DNA of 62,000 bases. Source: Malacoraja senta (lineage: Eukaryota). The notes under the pieces are model-generated. The model searched no databases, was not told where the DNA came from, and saw nothing but the letters and a program-made list of their open reading frames with translations. Both the position numbers and the translations under genes were made by a program. This document shows positions 38,334-51,246 of this stretch, one piece after another; positions within the stretch are counted from its first letter, which is position 1, and each line of letters begins with the position of its first letter. The stretch spans positions 62,001 through 124,000 of the forward strand of contig JAXLNO010000571.1 in assembly GCA_038087875.1 (NCBI GenBank). The letters are read 5' to 3'.

Positions 38334-38546
38334 TACTGGCGGCTGCGCTTCTTTCGACTTCACCTCTATTGGCTTTTTATATTGGGACAATTACGTTTGT
38401 TGTTCGGGTGATGGGGAGCACTTATTTCTCACACTCAAGGGTAAAATGTACTGAATTGCTTTGCTAGGTCTCTAAACGTCGGGAACATTGGGTCAGACCA
38501 GACTTGGGAAGGATGCTGGACTTTTTACCCAAAGGACTTTAGTGTT

Positions 38547-38838
38547 AATTGATTGATTGATTGAAAGATACTGCGTGGAAACAGGCCCTTCGGCCCACTA
38601 ATCCCTGCCGACCATCGATCACCCGTTCACACTGGTTCTATGTTCACCCACCGTCTCATCTAATTCCTTCGAGCTGGGGGGAATTTACAGAAGCCAATTG
38701 ACCTACAACCCCGCACTTCTTTGGGATGTGGGAGAAAACCAACAGGGGAACATGCAAACTCCACATAGCACCCGAGGTCAGAATCGAACTTGGGTCTCTG
38801 GGCTGTGAGACAACAGCTCTACAATCTGCGCCACTGTC
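38547..38838 (-). mobile_element. HE1-like SINE variant with (CAAT)n tail
   Basis: Core and head match the other SINEs; the tail microsatellite differs. Confidence 0.75.
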
Positions 38839-39879
38839 ATGAATAAATGTCGACAATACTAGTAGTTACTTTATTGATGCTAGTTTTTTCATTCCAGAAT
38901 TTTGTTTAACTGAATTTAAATGCTTCAAACTTAGGGGGGACATGAACTGATCTCTGAATTATCATGTCATAAAGCATAGAAGTAAAATTAGACCATTCGG
39001 CCCATGAAGTCTATCCCTCCATTCAATCATGACTGATACACATCTCACTCTCTCTCCTAACCCCATTCTCCTACCTTCTCACTATATTCATCAGAATCTA
39101 TCTATCTTTGCCTTAATCATCCCAATCACCAACCCCTCAGCAAGCATGTCCTGTTGAAATGTTTCTGTTCCCAGGTGGAAACACTTGCCAAGGGACAATG
39201 TAATGTGGATGTTGTGCCCGTGGCTCTGTCAAAGATTATTAGACTGTTGCTTAGATTGTTGCATTTGGATGGAAAAGTCCATCCAAATTCTTTCAACTTT
39301 GTGTAAGTTGTCTTTTAACCAATAGTGCAGCAAATAATTTGAATGGACTTTTAGTCAGTAAAAGGCAGGCAATGACTAAATACGTGGGAGATTGCAACCT
39401 TCACTTGGTCCACCCTGTTTCGATCAATGCAATCAACCTGGCGTGCACAAACAGAAGATTAAACAGAACAAGTTGTCTTACAACTTTAGGCTGTGCACAC
39501 CGTACACAAGAAGGAGACTAAATGCCCATGCCACACTAATTTATTTTGCTTCATTTTGCAACTTCAAATTGCTGCAATCAATCAATCAATCAATTAGATT
39601 TATTCAATACATACACAATAAAGTGAAGTGAAATGAACTTGCCAGCAGCGGTACAATAAAAAAAGAACACACAATACATCCTTCTACCATCCTTCCCAAG
39701 TCTGGTCTGACCCAAAGGCAATAATAACAACAAGAGTCAGTCATTAAACTTTTGTTTTCTACATGGGTGGGAATTGTTGCTTAAGTCATTTTTTCGAGAG
39801 ACTGATGTTGCTTCCAGTTATTGTCGGCCTCACTGAGACAACGCTGGAGCCATCAAAGTGAAGGGAAGGAAACGTAAGG

Positions 39880-41060
39880 TGACAAGCAAGAGGAGGACCA
39901 GATCAACTGCTGTGGTCCTGAATGTGGAATGTTACCTTTGGGTAGGAAAAATGGGGGGGAAATGTAATATCAACCAGAAGACTTAATTCTAATAAGGGTA
40001 AAGGGATAAAGAGATATGAGAATATATGTGCATTGTTTGTTCAACATAGCTGGGTATATTAAGAAAGTGATTTTTAAAAAGTAAATGGAATCCTGGGCTT
40101 TCTAAACACATTGAATTGGGAGATTAAGGAAACCAAGCTGAACCTTTATAAAAGACTGGTTTGGCCACAAATGGAGTACTGTGTCCAGTTCTGGGTGCTA
40201 CAATTTAATGTTAAGGATTTGGAAAGATCTAGAATAAATTTACCAAAATTTACCAAAAGGGATGAAAGTGTAGTTATGTGGAGAAACTGCAGTTGTTTTT
40301 CTTGGTGCTGCGGAGTTTGTGAGGTTATGAAGGCCATTCACAAAAAAAGGTATTTTCAAATATTCCCATGACAGAAAGGCCAGAATTTATGTGGGCTGGA
40401 AAGAAGGCAAATTGTAAAAAAAACAGAGTCATACAAAAACTTGTTTTTGCACAGCGAGTGATTAGGGTCTGTAATGCACTGCCAGGGGTAGCAGTGGAGG
40501 AAGATTCAGGGGTCTGTAATGCACTGCCAGGGGTAGCAGTGGAGGAAGATTCAGGGGTCTGTAATGCACTGCCAGGGGTAGCAGTGGAGGAAGATTCAGG
40601 GGTCTGTAATGCACTGCCAGGGGTAGCAGTGGAGGAAGATTCAGGGGTCTGTAATGCACTGCCAGGGGTAGCAGTGGAGGAAGATTCAGGGGTCTGTAAT
40701 GCACTGCCAGGGGTAGCAGTGGAGGAAGATTCAGGGGTCTGTAATGCACTGCCAGGGGTAGCAGTGGAGGAAGATTCGACTGTTCTGTTCAAAAGCAAGA
40801 TGGATATGTATCTGTAAAGATAGAATTTGCAGGGCTATGGGAAGAGGGCAGAGAAGTGGAGCTAGTCAATTCCTCTTACATAAAGGTGGTAAGAACTCAA
40901 ATGTCTGTGCTTGACTCACCAAAGCTACAGACTTAAGGTGTGTAAATCGGTCTGTGTAGATATGTATAACAGATGGCAAAGACATGAGGACCACAGGAGC
41001 TGTTTCTGTTCTCTGCTGTGACTTTATGACTGAATGGCTTCCTTCCATACTGTAGCAGTT
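39880..41060 (+). mobile_element. Old CR1 3' fragment containing a minisatellite
   Basis: LYKRLVWPQMEYCVQFW and FAQRVIRVCNALP motifs. Confidence 0.7.
40464..40777 (+). repeat. 45-bp minisatellite, 7 copies
   Basis: GGGGTCTGTAATGCACTGCCAGGGGTAGCAGTGGAGGAAGATTCA repeated essentially perfectly. Confidence 0.97.
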
Positions 41061-41583
41061 CTGTGAAGCCACTGAGGAATAAAATTCTGGCCGTTATGTG
41101 GTGGATTGGCAGCGTGTGAAGGACAATATATTAGAGGTTGGACAAATGAATTTGAAAGAATTTTTCAATGGATTGAATGGATTTCATGTAATTCAATAGG
41201 TTAAAAAGAATATAAATCAATTCAATCAGAGAAAGCATGTCAACCACCAAGTCCTGGTTGCAATATAGTGAGCATGGCGAATAGTTTTCAATGATTCAGG
41301 AGGCAAAAACCAGTTCAAACTTTCTCAACCATACAAGCAAATCTGAATCCCCAAATTACGTTATTATCTTAAAAATGTGTACATAATATTTGGTTACAAT
41401 TTTATTTCTTATTGTTGTCAGGTACAGTGGTTTCTGCTTTAACATGAAGATTTTTCAATTTTATGATACAGATTTTGAAAGAAATGAATTAGATTTGCGA
41501 TTTATACCCAAGAGATGACGTTATGTTAATTGGTCTAATGTTCTGGAATATTTGTGGTATAACTCTTGCAATTTTATTAAATA

Positions 41584-42339
41584 TTAGACCAAGTGGGACC
41601 AGTTGGGTCCCGTCCCCTCAACGTGCGGTTGCCGGGGGGTGGGGGCGGCCTGTGGCATCACACACACACTAACCACCCCCCCCCACATACACACTAACCA
41701 CCCCCCCCCCCCACACACACACACACTAACTACCCCTCTTGATATTATATTAATATTATTCATTCGCTCCTTTTACCCCATCCTCGCCCTATCCACTCAC
41801 TCATAGCCCCCAACTCGCAGGTGTGTCTAGAGAGGGAGGGGGGGGGGGTAGAGAGAGAGAGGGCAGAGAGAGAGAGGTGGCAGAGACGGAGAGAGAGCGG
41901 GCAGAGACAGAGAGAGTTGGGCAGAGACAGAGAGAGAGGGACAGAGACAGAGAGAGAGAGGGGCAGAGACAGAGAGAGAGGGGCAGAGACGGGGAGAGGG
42001 CCAGAGGGGGGAGAGAGAGAGGGGAGAGAGAGGGGGGAGAGATAGGGGGAGAAGGGGGGGGGAAGAGAGGGGGGAGAGAGGGGGGAGAGGGTGGGGAAGA
42101 GTGGGGGAGAGACGGGGAGAGAGAGAGGAGGAGGGAGAGGGGGGAGAGGAGGGGGGGAGCGGAGGGGGGAGAGGAGGGTTGGGGATGTTAGCACATAGCG
42201 AGTGATTAGGGTCTGTTAGCGTTAGCGCTATGCGCTACCGTTAGTGCATAGTTTTTTCGAGAAGATGTGACAAAACACAAACAAATAAATACACACACGT
42301 CCACATCCACATCCAAGATCAGCGTTTTATAATTATAGA
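41584..42339 (-). mobile_element. Non-autonomous Helitron
   Basis: Minus-strand 5' end TCTATAATTATAAAA. 3' subterminal hairpin GGGACC-CAACT-GGTCCC, then ACTTGGT-CTAA followed by T. No TSD. Internal GA-rich expansion. Confidence 0.7.
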
Positions 42340-42909
42340 ATAACGTAGAGTTATCTGTGGAGGGGACAACTCAGTATGAGACATGCCATGTAGGATGAAT
42401 TGACATAGAGTCAGAGAGCCATGGATTCTTAGAAAGATACAGTACATAAGCCAGCCCTTCAACATATCAACCATCGATTTATATTAATTCCACATAAGTG
42501 CCTTTGAAAAAAATTCTACCAACATTCTTGTCAACTGTCCCCAGATTCTACCACTCAGCTATACGCTATGGGTAGCATTGTGGTCGATCAACCTGCATAT
42601 CTTTAAGATATAGGAAGAAACCAGAGCACCCGGAGGAAACTCATGTGATATCATAGAGACCATGTAAACTTCACACAGACACTCCACCCACGAGGAACAA
42701 GAGGAATAGAATATTAGCATGTTATGATAAAAATAGTTCCTTATTCCCGCAAAGGCAAGGCATCATTTACTCCATTTGAAAACAAAAATACATTTGTTGC
42801 TGTTTATCATAAAAGGATTGCTCAACACAATGCAAGTGATCTCATATGTTCTAAGTCACATGCAGGGAATGTTCCAAAATTTAGGTGCAAACACAACATA
42901 TGGAATAAG

Positions 42910-43652
42910 ACGGCATGGTGGCGTAGCGGTAGAGTTGCTGCCTTACAGCGCCAGAGACCCAGGTTCAATCCTGACTGCGAGTGCTTGTCCGTATGGAGTT
43001 TGTACATTTTCCCCGTGACCTGCATGGGTTTTCTCCGAGATCTTTGGTTTCATACCACACTCCAAAGTGGGATCCAAAGGTTAATTGTCTTGGTATATAT
43101 GTAAATCATCCCTGGTGCGTTTAATGGCACTGCGCCTATATTTGCTGGAGTTTAGAAGAATGAGTGGGGGCTTCATTGAAATGTACATAGTGAAAGGCTT
43201 GGATAGAGTGGATGTGGAGAGGATGTTTCCATTAGTGAGAGAGTCTAGGACTAGAGGTCATAGCCTCAGAATTAAAGGACGTTCTGTTAGGAAGGAGATG
43301 AGGAGGAATTTATTTTGTCAGAGGGTGGTGAATCTATGGAATTCGTTCCCACAGAAGGCTGTGGAGGCAAAGTCAGTGGATATATTTAAGGCAGAGATAG
43401 ATTCTTGATTAATACGGGTGTCAGAGGTTATGGGGAGAATGCAGGGGAATGGGATTAGGAGGGAGAGATAGATCAGCCATGATCGAATGGCAGCATAGAC
43501 TTGATGGGCCCAATGGCCTAATTCTACTCCTATCACTTATGATTTTATGATAGTGTGTGCAGGGTAGTGTTAGTGTGTGGGGATCGCTGGTTGGTACGGA
43601 CTCAGTGGGCCAAAGGGCCTGTTTCCACATTGTGTCTCTAAACGAAACTAAA
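42910..43652 (+). mobile_element. HE1-like SINE split by a CR1 3' fragment (~43119-43550)
   Basis: SINE head with A/B boxes at 42910-43118 and tail at 43551-43652. The insert encodes SRTRGHSLRIKG...QRVVNLWNS. Confidence 0.85.
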
Positions 43653-44239
43653 AAAGACACTAAATAAATACAGTGCAATGTAATAGTAAAGTATCAGTAC
43701 GATTAAAAATGAATAAATACATCTTGGTTCGGCCAATAAGAGAAGACATCTAATGTCAGGCTCGCTGTTACCAGCAACAAATAGAATGGCCTAAATAATG
43801 AATGGAAAGTGGATCAGACTGTGATGCGAGTCCTAGACTTGCAGTAACAAAAAGGGCATGAAGATACCCAAGTAAACATTAAAATAAATGGACACTTTTG
43901 CACATAGAATTAATGAAGCCACTTCCTTTTAATAAACAGAAACTATTGCAGGAGACTGAATAGTGTGAAAAATTAACATAATTCACCTTCTGAGAGCTCC
44001 CATCAGATTGATAAAACAGAAGTATTTTCCCTCTGTTGCTGTATAATCCTTTGTCAAGTGAGGTTGGAGCAACCTCAGGCTAGTTTCTGGCGGGCACCAA
44101 TCAAGAGGATAAAAACGCTGGTGATTCAGTAGTACATTGCAGGAATTTGACCATTGGAATGGAAAATGGAACATTGCCACATTTGTGCAACAGAAGATTT
44201 CCTCCCGGGTCTGGAATTATGGATTAACATTTCAATTGT

Positions 44240-44640
44240 GTGACTTGGTTGGCTCATTAGAATAGCTCTTGCTGAGAGCCAACAGTTTGTGGTTTCATGT
44301 CATACCCCAATGAGGCGCATTATTGTGTCTGAATCTCCTGTCAGAGGTGTTTGTTTTGGATGAGATGTTAAAGTGAGACCCTCTCCTGAAGAATAGAACA
44401 AGTCCCGTGACAGAATTTAAAGCAAAGCAGTGGGCCTTATCTGGTTAATATTCATCCCTCAACTAACAGTGCTAAAATAAATTCATCTAATTCTTCACAT
44501 ATCCCCTGTTTTTGCTGGTTTTTATATGTGAATTTGGCTGCTATGTTTCCTCACCTTACAACAGTAATCACAGTTCAAGACGTACTCATGGATTGAGAGG
44601 CTCTCAGGGACAAATTATGTAAGCCAATTCTTATTATGCA
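44240..44640 (+). mobile_element. Ancient DeuSINE-like element (SacSINE1/AmnSINE1 type)
   Basis: Resembles the Deu domain as I recall it (GTCAGAGGTG...GGATGAGATGTTAAA...ATCCCTCAAC...TTGGCTGCTATGTTTCCT...ACAACAGT). Confidence 0.55.
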
Positions 44641-45339
44641 TTTGAGCCTCTAGCTCGTGTTGATCCAGGTCCTTTCTTGTATTTCCCTGAAGAATATAGA
44701 ATTGTTCATGTTTTTTTCTCCCAAATATCTGACATTAAACTGTATCAAAAAGACAAAATGCCAGTAGCATTGATGGGGTCATCTAAGAAGAGAGAAACCA
44801 AGTCAATATTTCAGGTCAACGGCCCTTCGTCTGTACGTCACCTTGCTACCCATTGCACTGACTTTCCTTAAATCTCAATTTATTTCCCTTATCACTTTTT
44901 ACATTGTCATCAAGCATCAGTATTATATACCCCAGACTATATCCCAACCAAAAGTGCATCCAGCTCTGACTTCTAGTGTCTCCTTTCCAACCTGTCCAAA
45001 ATCTTGACATCTATTCTAAGGGGTATTGAGTAGAAATAAATACAATATTTCCAACCCTTCTTCCAAGCAACACGGCATTCGACAGGTTAGCATTGTGACA
45101 CGGCATTTACTGCTGCTACCATGCAAATGCAACACCCTGGCTTTGTCTCTGTGGAGTCTGCACTTCGGGAGAACTACGAGGGCTTCCCCCAGATGCTCCA
45201 GTTTGGTCCTTCTGCCAAAGACCTGCTTGATGGGTAATTGACTACTGTATGTTACACATAGTGTAGTGGGTGGCATGATACTCATTGTGGAGTTCATTGA
45301 GTCATACAGTATAGAGACAGGCTCTCTCATTCACCATCT

Positions 45340-46800
45340 CAGAGGTGCATAGAATCCAAGGTGGGCAAGGTAAATGGATTCAAAATATGCTTGGAGGAAG
45401 GAGTCAAAGGATTGATGTGGAGGTTTTTTTTCTGATTGCAGGACTGACCAGTGGAGTTGGTACTGGGTGCACTGTTGTTTGTTCTATGCATTAATAATTT
45501 CGATGAAAATGTAGTTAACATTGTTAGTAGGTTTGCTGATGACGGCAAAATTGGTGGTATAGTGCACTGTGAAAAAGAATATCTAAGTTTACCAAAGGAT
45601 CCAGATCAGCTGGGAAGATGGGCCAAATGGAATTTAACTCGGATAAATGTGAGGTTTGCACCTTGGTCAAACCAAGGCAGGGCCTACACGGTAAATGTGG
45701 AGCGCTGGAGAGTGTCACTGAACAGAGGGAGATATGAACACAGGCGCCTGGTTCCATAAAAGTGGAGAGTCAGGTGGACAATGTACTGAAGAAGACATTT
45801 GGTATGCTTGACTTCATTGGGAAGGGCGTTGAGTACAAAAAGTTGGGACATCATGATGTAAAATTGATGAGATCACACTAAGAATACTGTGTGCAGTTTA
45901 GTTTAGTTTAATTTAGAGATACAGCTTGAAAACAGGTCCTTTGGCCCACCAAGTCTGTGCTGACCAGTGATCACCCATACATTAGTTCTATTCTACACAC
46001 TAGGGACAATTTACAGAAGTCAATTAACCTACAAACCCGCACGTCTTTGGAATGTAGAAGGAAGCAGGATTACCTGGAGAAAACCCACACAGTCACAGGG
46101 AGAATGTACAAACTTCATACAGACAGGATTGAACCCGGGTCTCTGGCGCTGTAAGGCAGCCACTCTACTGCAGCGCCACCGTGCCACTCTTGGAATTACA
46201 AGCTTGAGTTACTGGGAGAGGTTAGATAAGTTGGGACTTTTTTCTGTGGAGTGTAGGAGGCTGAGGAGTGACCTTATTGAGGTGTACAACTTCGTGAGGT
46301 CTGATCACCCAGCTATAGGAAGGATGTCATTAAGTGGGAAAGGGTGCAGAAGAGATTCATCAAGTGGTTACTTGGACTTGCAAGCTTGAGTTATAGGGAG
46401 AGGTTAGAGAGGCTGGGACTTTATACTGTGGAGTATAGGAAGCTTAGGAGTGACTTTATGGAGGTGTACATCTTCATAATGGGCATGGATAAAGTGAACA
46501 CTCATACTATCTTTCCTAGGGTAGAGGATTCTAAAACTAGAGAGCATATCTTAACATGAGAGTGAGGAGATTTAAGAACCTCAGGGGTAAATCTTTCACT
46601 CAGATGATCATTTTTATCTGGAATGAACTGCCAGAAGAAGCTATAGACGCAGATACAATTATGACTTTTAACAGTTATTTGGACAGATATATGGATAGGA
46701 ATGGTTTAGAGGGATATTGGCCAAATGCAGGCAAATGGGACTAGTCCATCTTGGACAAAGTGGGCTGAATGGCCTGTTCCATGCAGTATTCCTCTATGAC
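45340..46800 (+). mobile_element. CR1 LINE fragments with a nested minus-strand SINE (45896-46186)
   Basis: SRFADDGKIGG, SYRERLERLGLY and IWNELP motifs; CTATGA tail. Confidence 0.75.
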
Positions 46801-48242
46801 GATGCTTATATTAACCATCAAGTACTCATCTATACTAATCCTATACTTTACCAGAGCTATCTTATTAGCAAATAAAGATAACGTAGTAAGTAATTTTGAG
46901 ATCGGAAAATATCAAGTCAGGTTTTGACAGTAAATCATGAAATTAAACTGGATTGTTAAATATGTTGGTGTTAACCATTACGATTTCTTGCCCCTTTTCT
47001 GTCAAGATTTATTATTGCTTTGCCTTCATTCAAGTAAGAATCAATTTAAGATGTTGAATCAACAAACAAGTTCTGGGAGTGACCAAAGCTGAATTTTAAA
47101 TCATTGAATTCTATGGCTATGCCATTGTGGAATGTGTTCGAACATGCTCCTTTGATCAAATGGAGAAGGCTGGGATTAGATGAGTTTTATAAACGTGCAT
47201 TAAGTCAGAATGAATTAGAATGTGAGGTGGGCATGGCAACGAGGCCTTGTAGTGGGAAATAAAGATGTTGCTCCTTAAATCAAAGACTGACTTTGGAAAA
47301 AGTGAATTTCCCTCAAAGATTAGGCTGCATTAAAAAAAATTTATAAACATGGGATCCCTGCTTAATTTCAGGAGGAATAGTGTGGGGATAAAAAGCGCAA
47401 AAAATAATTCAGCATCTACAGAGTTGAAGGGATAGTCAACATTTTGGTTTGACACCCTGCATCAGGACCTGTTGCTCCAGTTGGACCTCAGTATCATGAT
47501 TCATTCTGCTCCTTATCAGCACCTTTTTGGACAGGATGCCACGATCTCAGAGAGAATGGGAGGCTGATTGAGAGGTTGAGAGGAGATTTGGCAGATTGTT
47601 CAAAATTATGAATGGCTTTGATGATATAATTAAGGGAAACTGATTCATGTGGGAATAAAATAACTGACAATCAATGGATCAAAATAATTGAAAATTGACT
47701 ATCAGAGAGCAGAAAGAGTAGGAAGAAAATTGATGGTTTTCAGGCTGAAAGGATGTACAGTATCTAGTAGAATGACCAATGGATTTGATTTTTGCTTGCT
47801 ACTATGATTAATTTGCAATGAACCAAGGTGTGATGAGGCAATATATGTTTTACTTTATTCGTTGTAGTGATCCACATGAAGGACAGGATGTAGATTTGAT
47901 GATATTGTTCAACACCGAATTTAAGAGAATTTACAGGACTACAAAGAAAGAGAAGCAGAGTGGCAGTAATTAGATAAATCCATCAAGGAACCATCACAGG
48001 ATCACAAGGGTGAATGGCCTTACTCTGTACCAAATCGTATTTTACATGCTACATAATTTATCCTCATCAATGCAAGGCATCAGCTGACAAATAAAACCTT
48101 TTTTATATAAAAAATAAGCATCTCCAGATCAGCTGTAAATTATATTACAGTCTATAATTTTAATTTCTTCTCAAGCTGAAAACAAAGCCCAAGCTGTTCA
48201 ACTGTTACAATGATAGGAAAATGACCTTTAATCACAGTTAAT

Positions 48243-48530
48243 TTTAGTTTAGTTTAGAGATACAGCATAGAAATTGGCTCTTCAGCCCCCCACGTCCAAG
48301 CTGACCAACGATCACCCGCTCACACTAGTTTTATGTTATCCCACTTTCACATCCACTCCCTACACACTAGGGGCAATTTACAAAGGCCAATTAACCTACA
48401 CATGCACACGTCTTTGGGATGTGGGAAGAAACCAGAGCACTGGAAGGAGACCCACGCGGTCACAGGGAGAACATGCAAACTCCATACAGAGAGCACTCAA
48501 GGTCATGACTGAGTCCAAGTCTCTGGCGCC
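48243..48530 (-). mobile_element. HE1-like SINE
   Basis: (CTAAA)n tail and conserved core. Confidence 0.8.
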
Positions 48531-48904
48531 TCTGAGGTTCTTCATGGTAGTTTGTTCTGGAAGGTTATATCGCAGGGATTCAGGAAGAGCCAGCTAACTG
48601 GATACAGAACTGGCCTCATGGTAGGAAGCAGATGGTGGTGGTAGGGTTTTTCAGACTGGAGATCTGTGACAGTTGGTGTGCCTCACAGATTGATGCTGAA
48701 CTTATTGCCGTTATCTGTATCAATGATTTGGTTGAGAATGTACAAGGCATGACAAGTGAGTTTGTAAGATAACACTAAAATAGGTGGAATTGGAGACAAT
48801 TTAAGATTTACAGGTGGATCCTGTTCAGCTGGGTTGGTGGGGCGAGGAATGGCAAATAGAGGTTAATTCAGATAAGAGTGAGGTGTTGCATTTTGGAAAT
48901 CTTT

Positions 48905-49640
48905 CTATGACATCTGTAGAAACTGGTAAGAGTCCTTGGAGACGTTGAATTTCCTTTGTCTTCTGATGAAGGAGAGGTGTCGATGTGCTTTCTTGGCCAT
49001 TCCATCACTGTGGTTAGACCAGCACATATTGGGGATATTTAAACTAGGAACCTGAAGCTCTCGGACATTTCCACTTCAGCACCATTGATACAGACTGAGG
49101 CATGTATCACACCCTGTTTAGAGTCAGAGCTATACTGCACTGTAACAGGCCCTGCCGCCATCTTGTCCATGCTAACCAAGTTGGCATACTTGGCTAGTCC
49201 CATTAGCCTGCATTTGACATTTCCAAATCATAGAACTGTTCAGCTCATTGAAATTAATGACAGCCTCCTTTGTTTTGACGTTATTGAGGGAGAGGTTGTA
49301 CTAACACCATGCTACTAGACTCTTTGCCTCCTTCCTGTAATCTATCTTGTCATAATTTGAGATCAAGTGCACGATGGTGGAGCCATCTGCAAACTTGTAA
49401 ATGGAGTTGAAGTAGAATTTGTCTGGACATTTGTGAATGGATAGGACGTATAGTAAGGGGTTGAGAAAGCATCTTTCCTGGGCACCAGTGTTGAGAATTA
49501 TCGTGGGGGACGTTTTGTCGCCTATACTCATGAATTGTGGTCCATGGGTCACAAAGGCAAGGATCTAGTTGCAGAAGGGGATGCTGTCCTTGGTCCAGGA
49601 GATTGGAGATGAGGTAGGTTGGAATTATGGTGCCGTAGAT
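48905..49640 (-). mobile_element. Rex1-type LINE fragment
   Basis: ILNTGAQ..FLNPLLY...IYKFADGSTI motif. Confidence 0.65.
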
Positions 49641-50280
49641 AAGCTATATCTCTAATTCTTCATTGCTGCTAACTCACAATACAAACCTTCCCTACTGTCA
49701 GCTGTGTGAGAATTCTTCCACCACAAGGACAGCAGCGGTCAAGAGATTGGCTCAACTCTTTTTCAAGGACAACTAGATATGGGCAACAAAAACTGGTCTT
49801 GCCAGTAACACCGGCATCCTGTGAACAAACAAAAGAAAACACTGTCATATCACCATCACCCACATCTCACGGACAAAAGAAATCTGAACCATGAAAAGAA
49901 CCTCTAACTCGTCCTTCATAGTCTCAATTTTTCCCCATAAATATAGCCATCCACACACGCACAGTGGAGTTCATGGGAACTGTTTGGCCTGGCTTGTTCT
50001 ACTGCTGTAAATAGGAGCTGCTACTGGATGCTAGTGGCCAGTCTGCTTCTGGGTATCTGATGCATCTAAAGATATCACAACGAGGTTGGATTAACTCATG
50101 GAAACAATTTCTGCAATTAAACATCAAACCCTCAGTAATCTCACCTTAACTGAGAAAAGTAGAGAAATTGGTTGACTTAAGCATTACATTCTGATATGAT
50201 TTGCTTTATTATTGCTTCTTATTCATGCAAACATTCTACAAGATTAGTCATACAGTTTAGAAACAGGCCCTTCAGCCCAG

Positions 50281-50335
50281 CGTGCGTGTGCGTGTGCGTG
50301 TGCGTGTGCGTGTGCGTGTGCGTGTGCGTGTGCGT

Positions 50336-50370
<35 letters not shown>
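50281..50370 (+). repeat. (GCGTGT)n/(GT)n microsatellite
   Basis: Read directly from the sequence. Confidence 0.97.
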
Positions 50371-50371
<1 letters not shown>

Positions 50372-50376
<5 letters not shown>

Positions 50377-50560
50377 TAAAAGTCTTCGTCTTGTTTGTGT
50401 CTCTGTGTGTGTCAATCTGGTTAATTCCTAGCTTCTTCCAAACGCTAGGTCGCAGCCTTCCCATTTTCACACATCCTACTCACATTTTTCCCGAGGTAGC
50501 GATAAACATTTTCCCGTCCCATTTCCACATATATTTGCGAAGTTATTAATCGTTACAATT
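50372..50560 (+). mobile_element. Possible Helitron 5' fragment
   Basis: AAATAAAAGTCTTCGTCTTGTTTGTG...CTTCTTCCAAAC loosely parallels the 5' end of the 41584-42339 element. Confidence 0.35.
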
Positions 50561-50910
50561 TTTGTACACCTCTATAAGATTGCGCTGGAAGGAATAAAGC
50601 CCAAGTCTGCTCAACCTCTTCCTGTGGCTCAGGCCCTCTAGTCCTGGCAACATCCTGGTAAATCTTTGAACCCTTTCAAGCTTGACAACATCTTTCCTAT
50701 AACATGGTGACCAAAATTGAATGCAATACTTAAATGTGGCCTCACCAACATTTCATATAACTGTAACATGGCCGTACATGGCAGCCTCGCCAACAGCCTG
50801 TCTCGTCCCTTTCTTCATTTGGTGTTTTTAGTCGGGTTTTACTTTTTAATGTATCTTTAGTTTTTGAATTATGTGGGGGTGGGGGAAACCTTTTTTTTTT
50901 ATCATTTCCC

Positions 50911-51246
50911 AATGTTCCCAATGTTGGGCGAGTCCAGAACCAGGGGCCACAGTCTTAGATTAAAGGGGAGGCCATTTAAGACTGAGGTGAGAAAAAACGT
51001 TTTCACCCAGAGAGTTGTGAATTTGTGGAATTCCCTGCCACAGTGGAAGTGGAGGCCAAATCACTGGATGGATTTAAGAGAGAGTTAGAGAGAGCTCAAG
51101 GGACTAGTGGAATCAAGGGATATGGGGAGAAGGCAGGCACGGGTTATTGATTGGGGACGATCAGCCATGATCACAATGAATGGCGGTGCTGGCTCGAAGG
51201 GCGGAATGGCCTCCTCCTGCACCTATTTTCAATGTTTCTATGTTTC
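50911..51246 (+). mobile_element. CR1 3' end fragment
   Basis: MLGESRTRGHSL...FTQRVVNLWNSLP and a TTTCTATG tail. Confidence 0.85.

Noticed and set aside
38124..38467. Low-complexity ORFs over CT/GA tracts (also 35635-36144, 41760-42194, 50196-50549)
   Set aside because: They arise from stop-poor simple sequence.
40464..40777. CRISPR-like array (also the 21-bp array near 6424-6560)
   Set aside because: There are no unique spacers and no cas genes, and the context is eukaryotic. These are plain tandem repeats.
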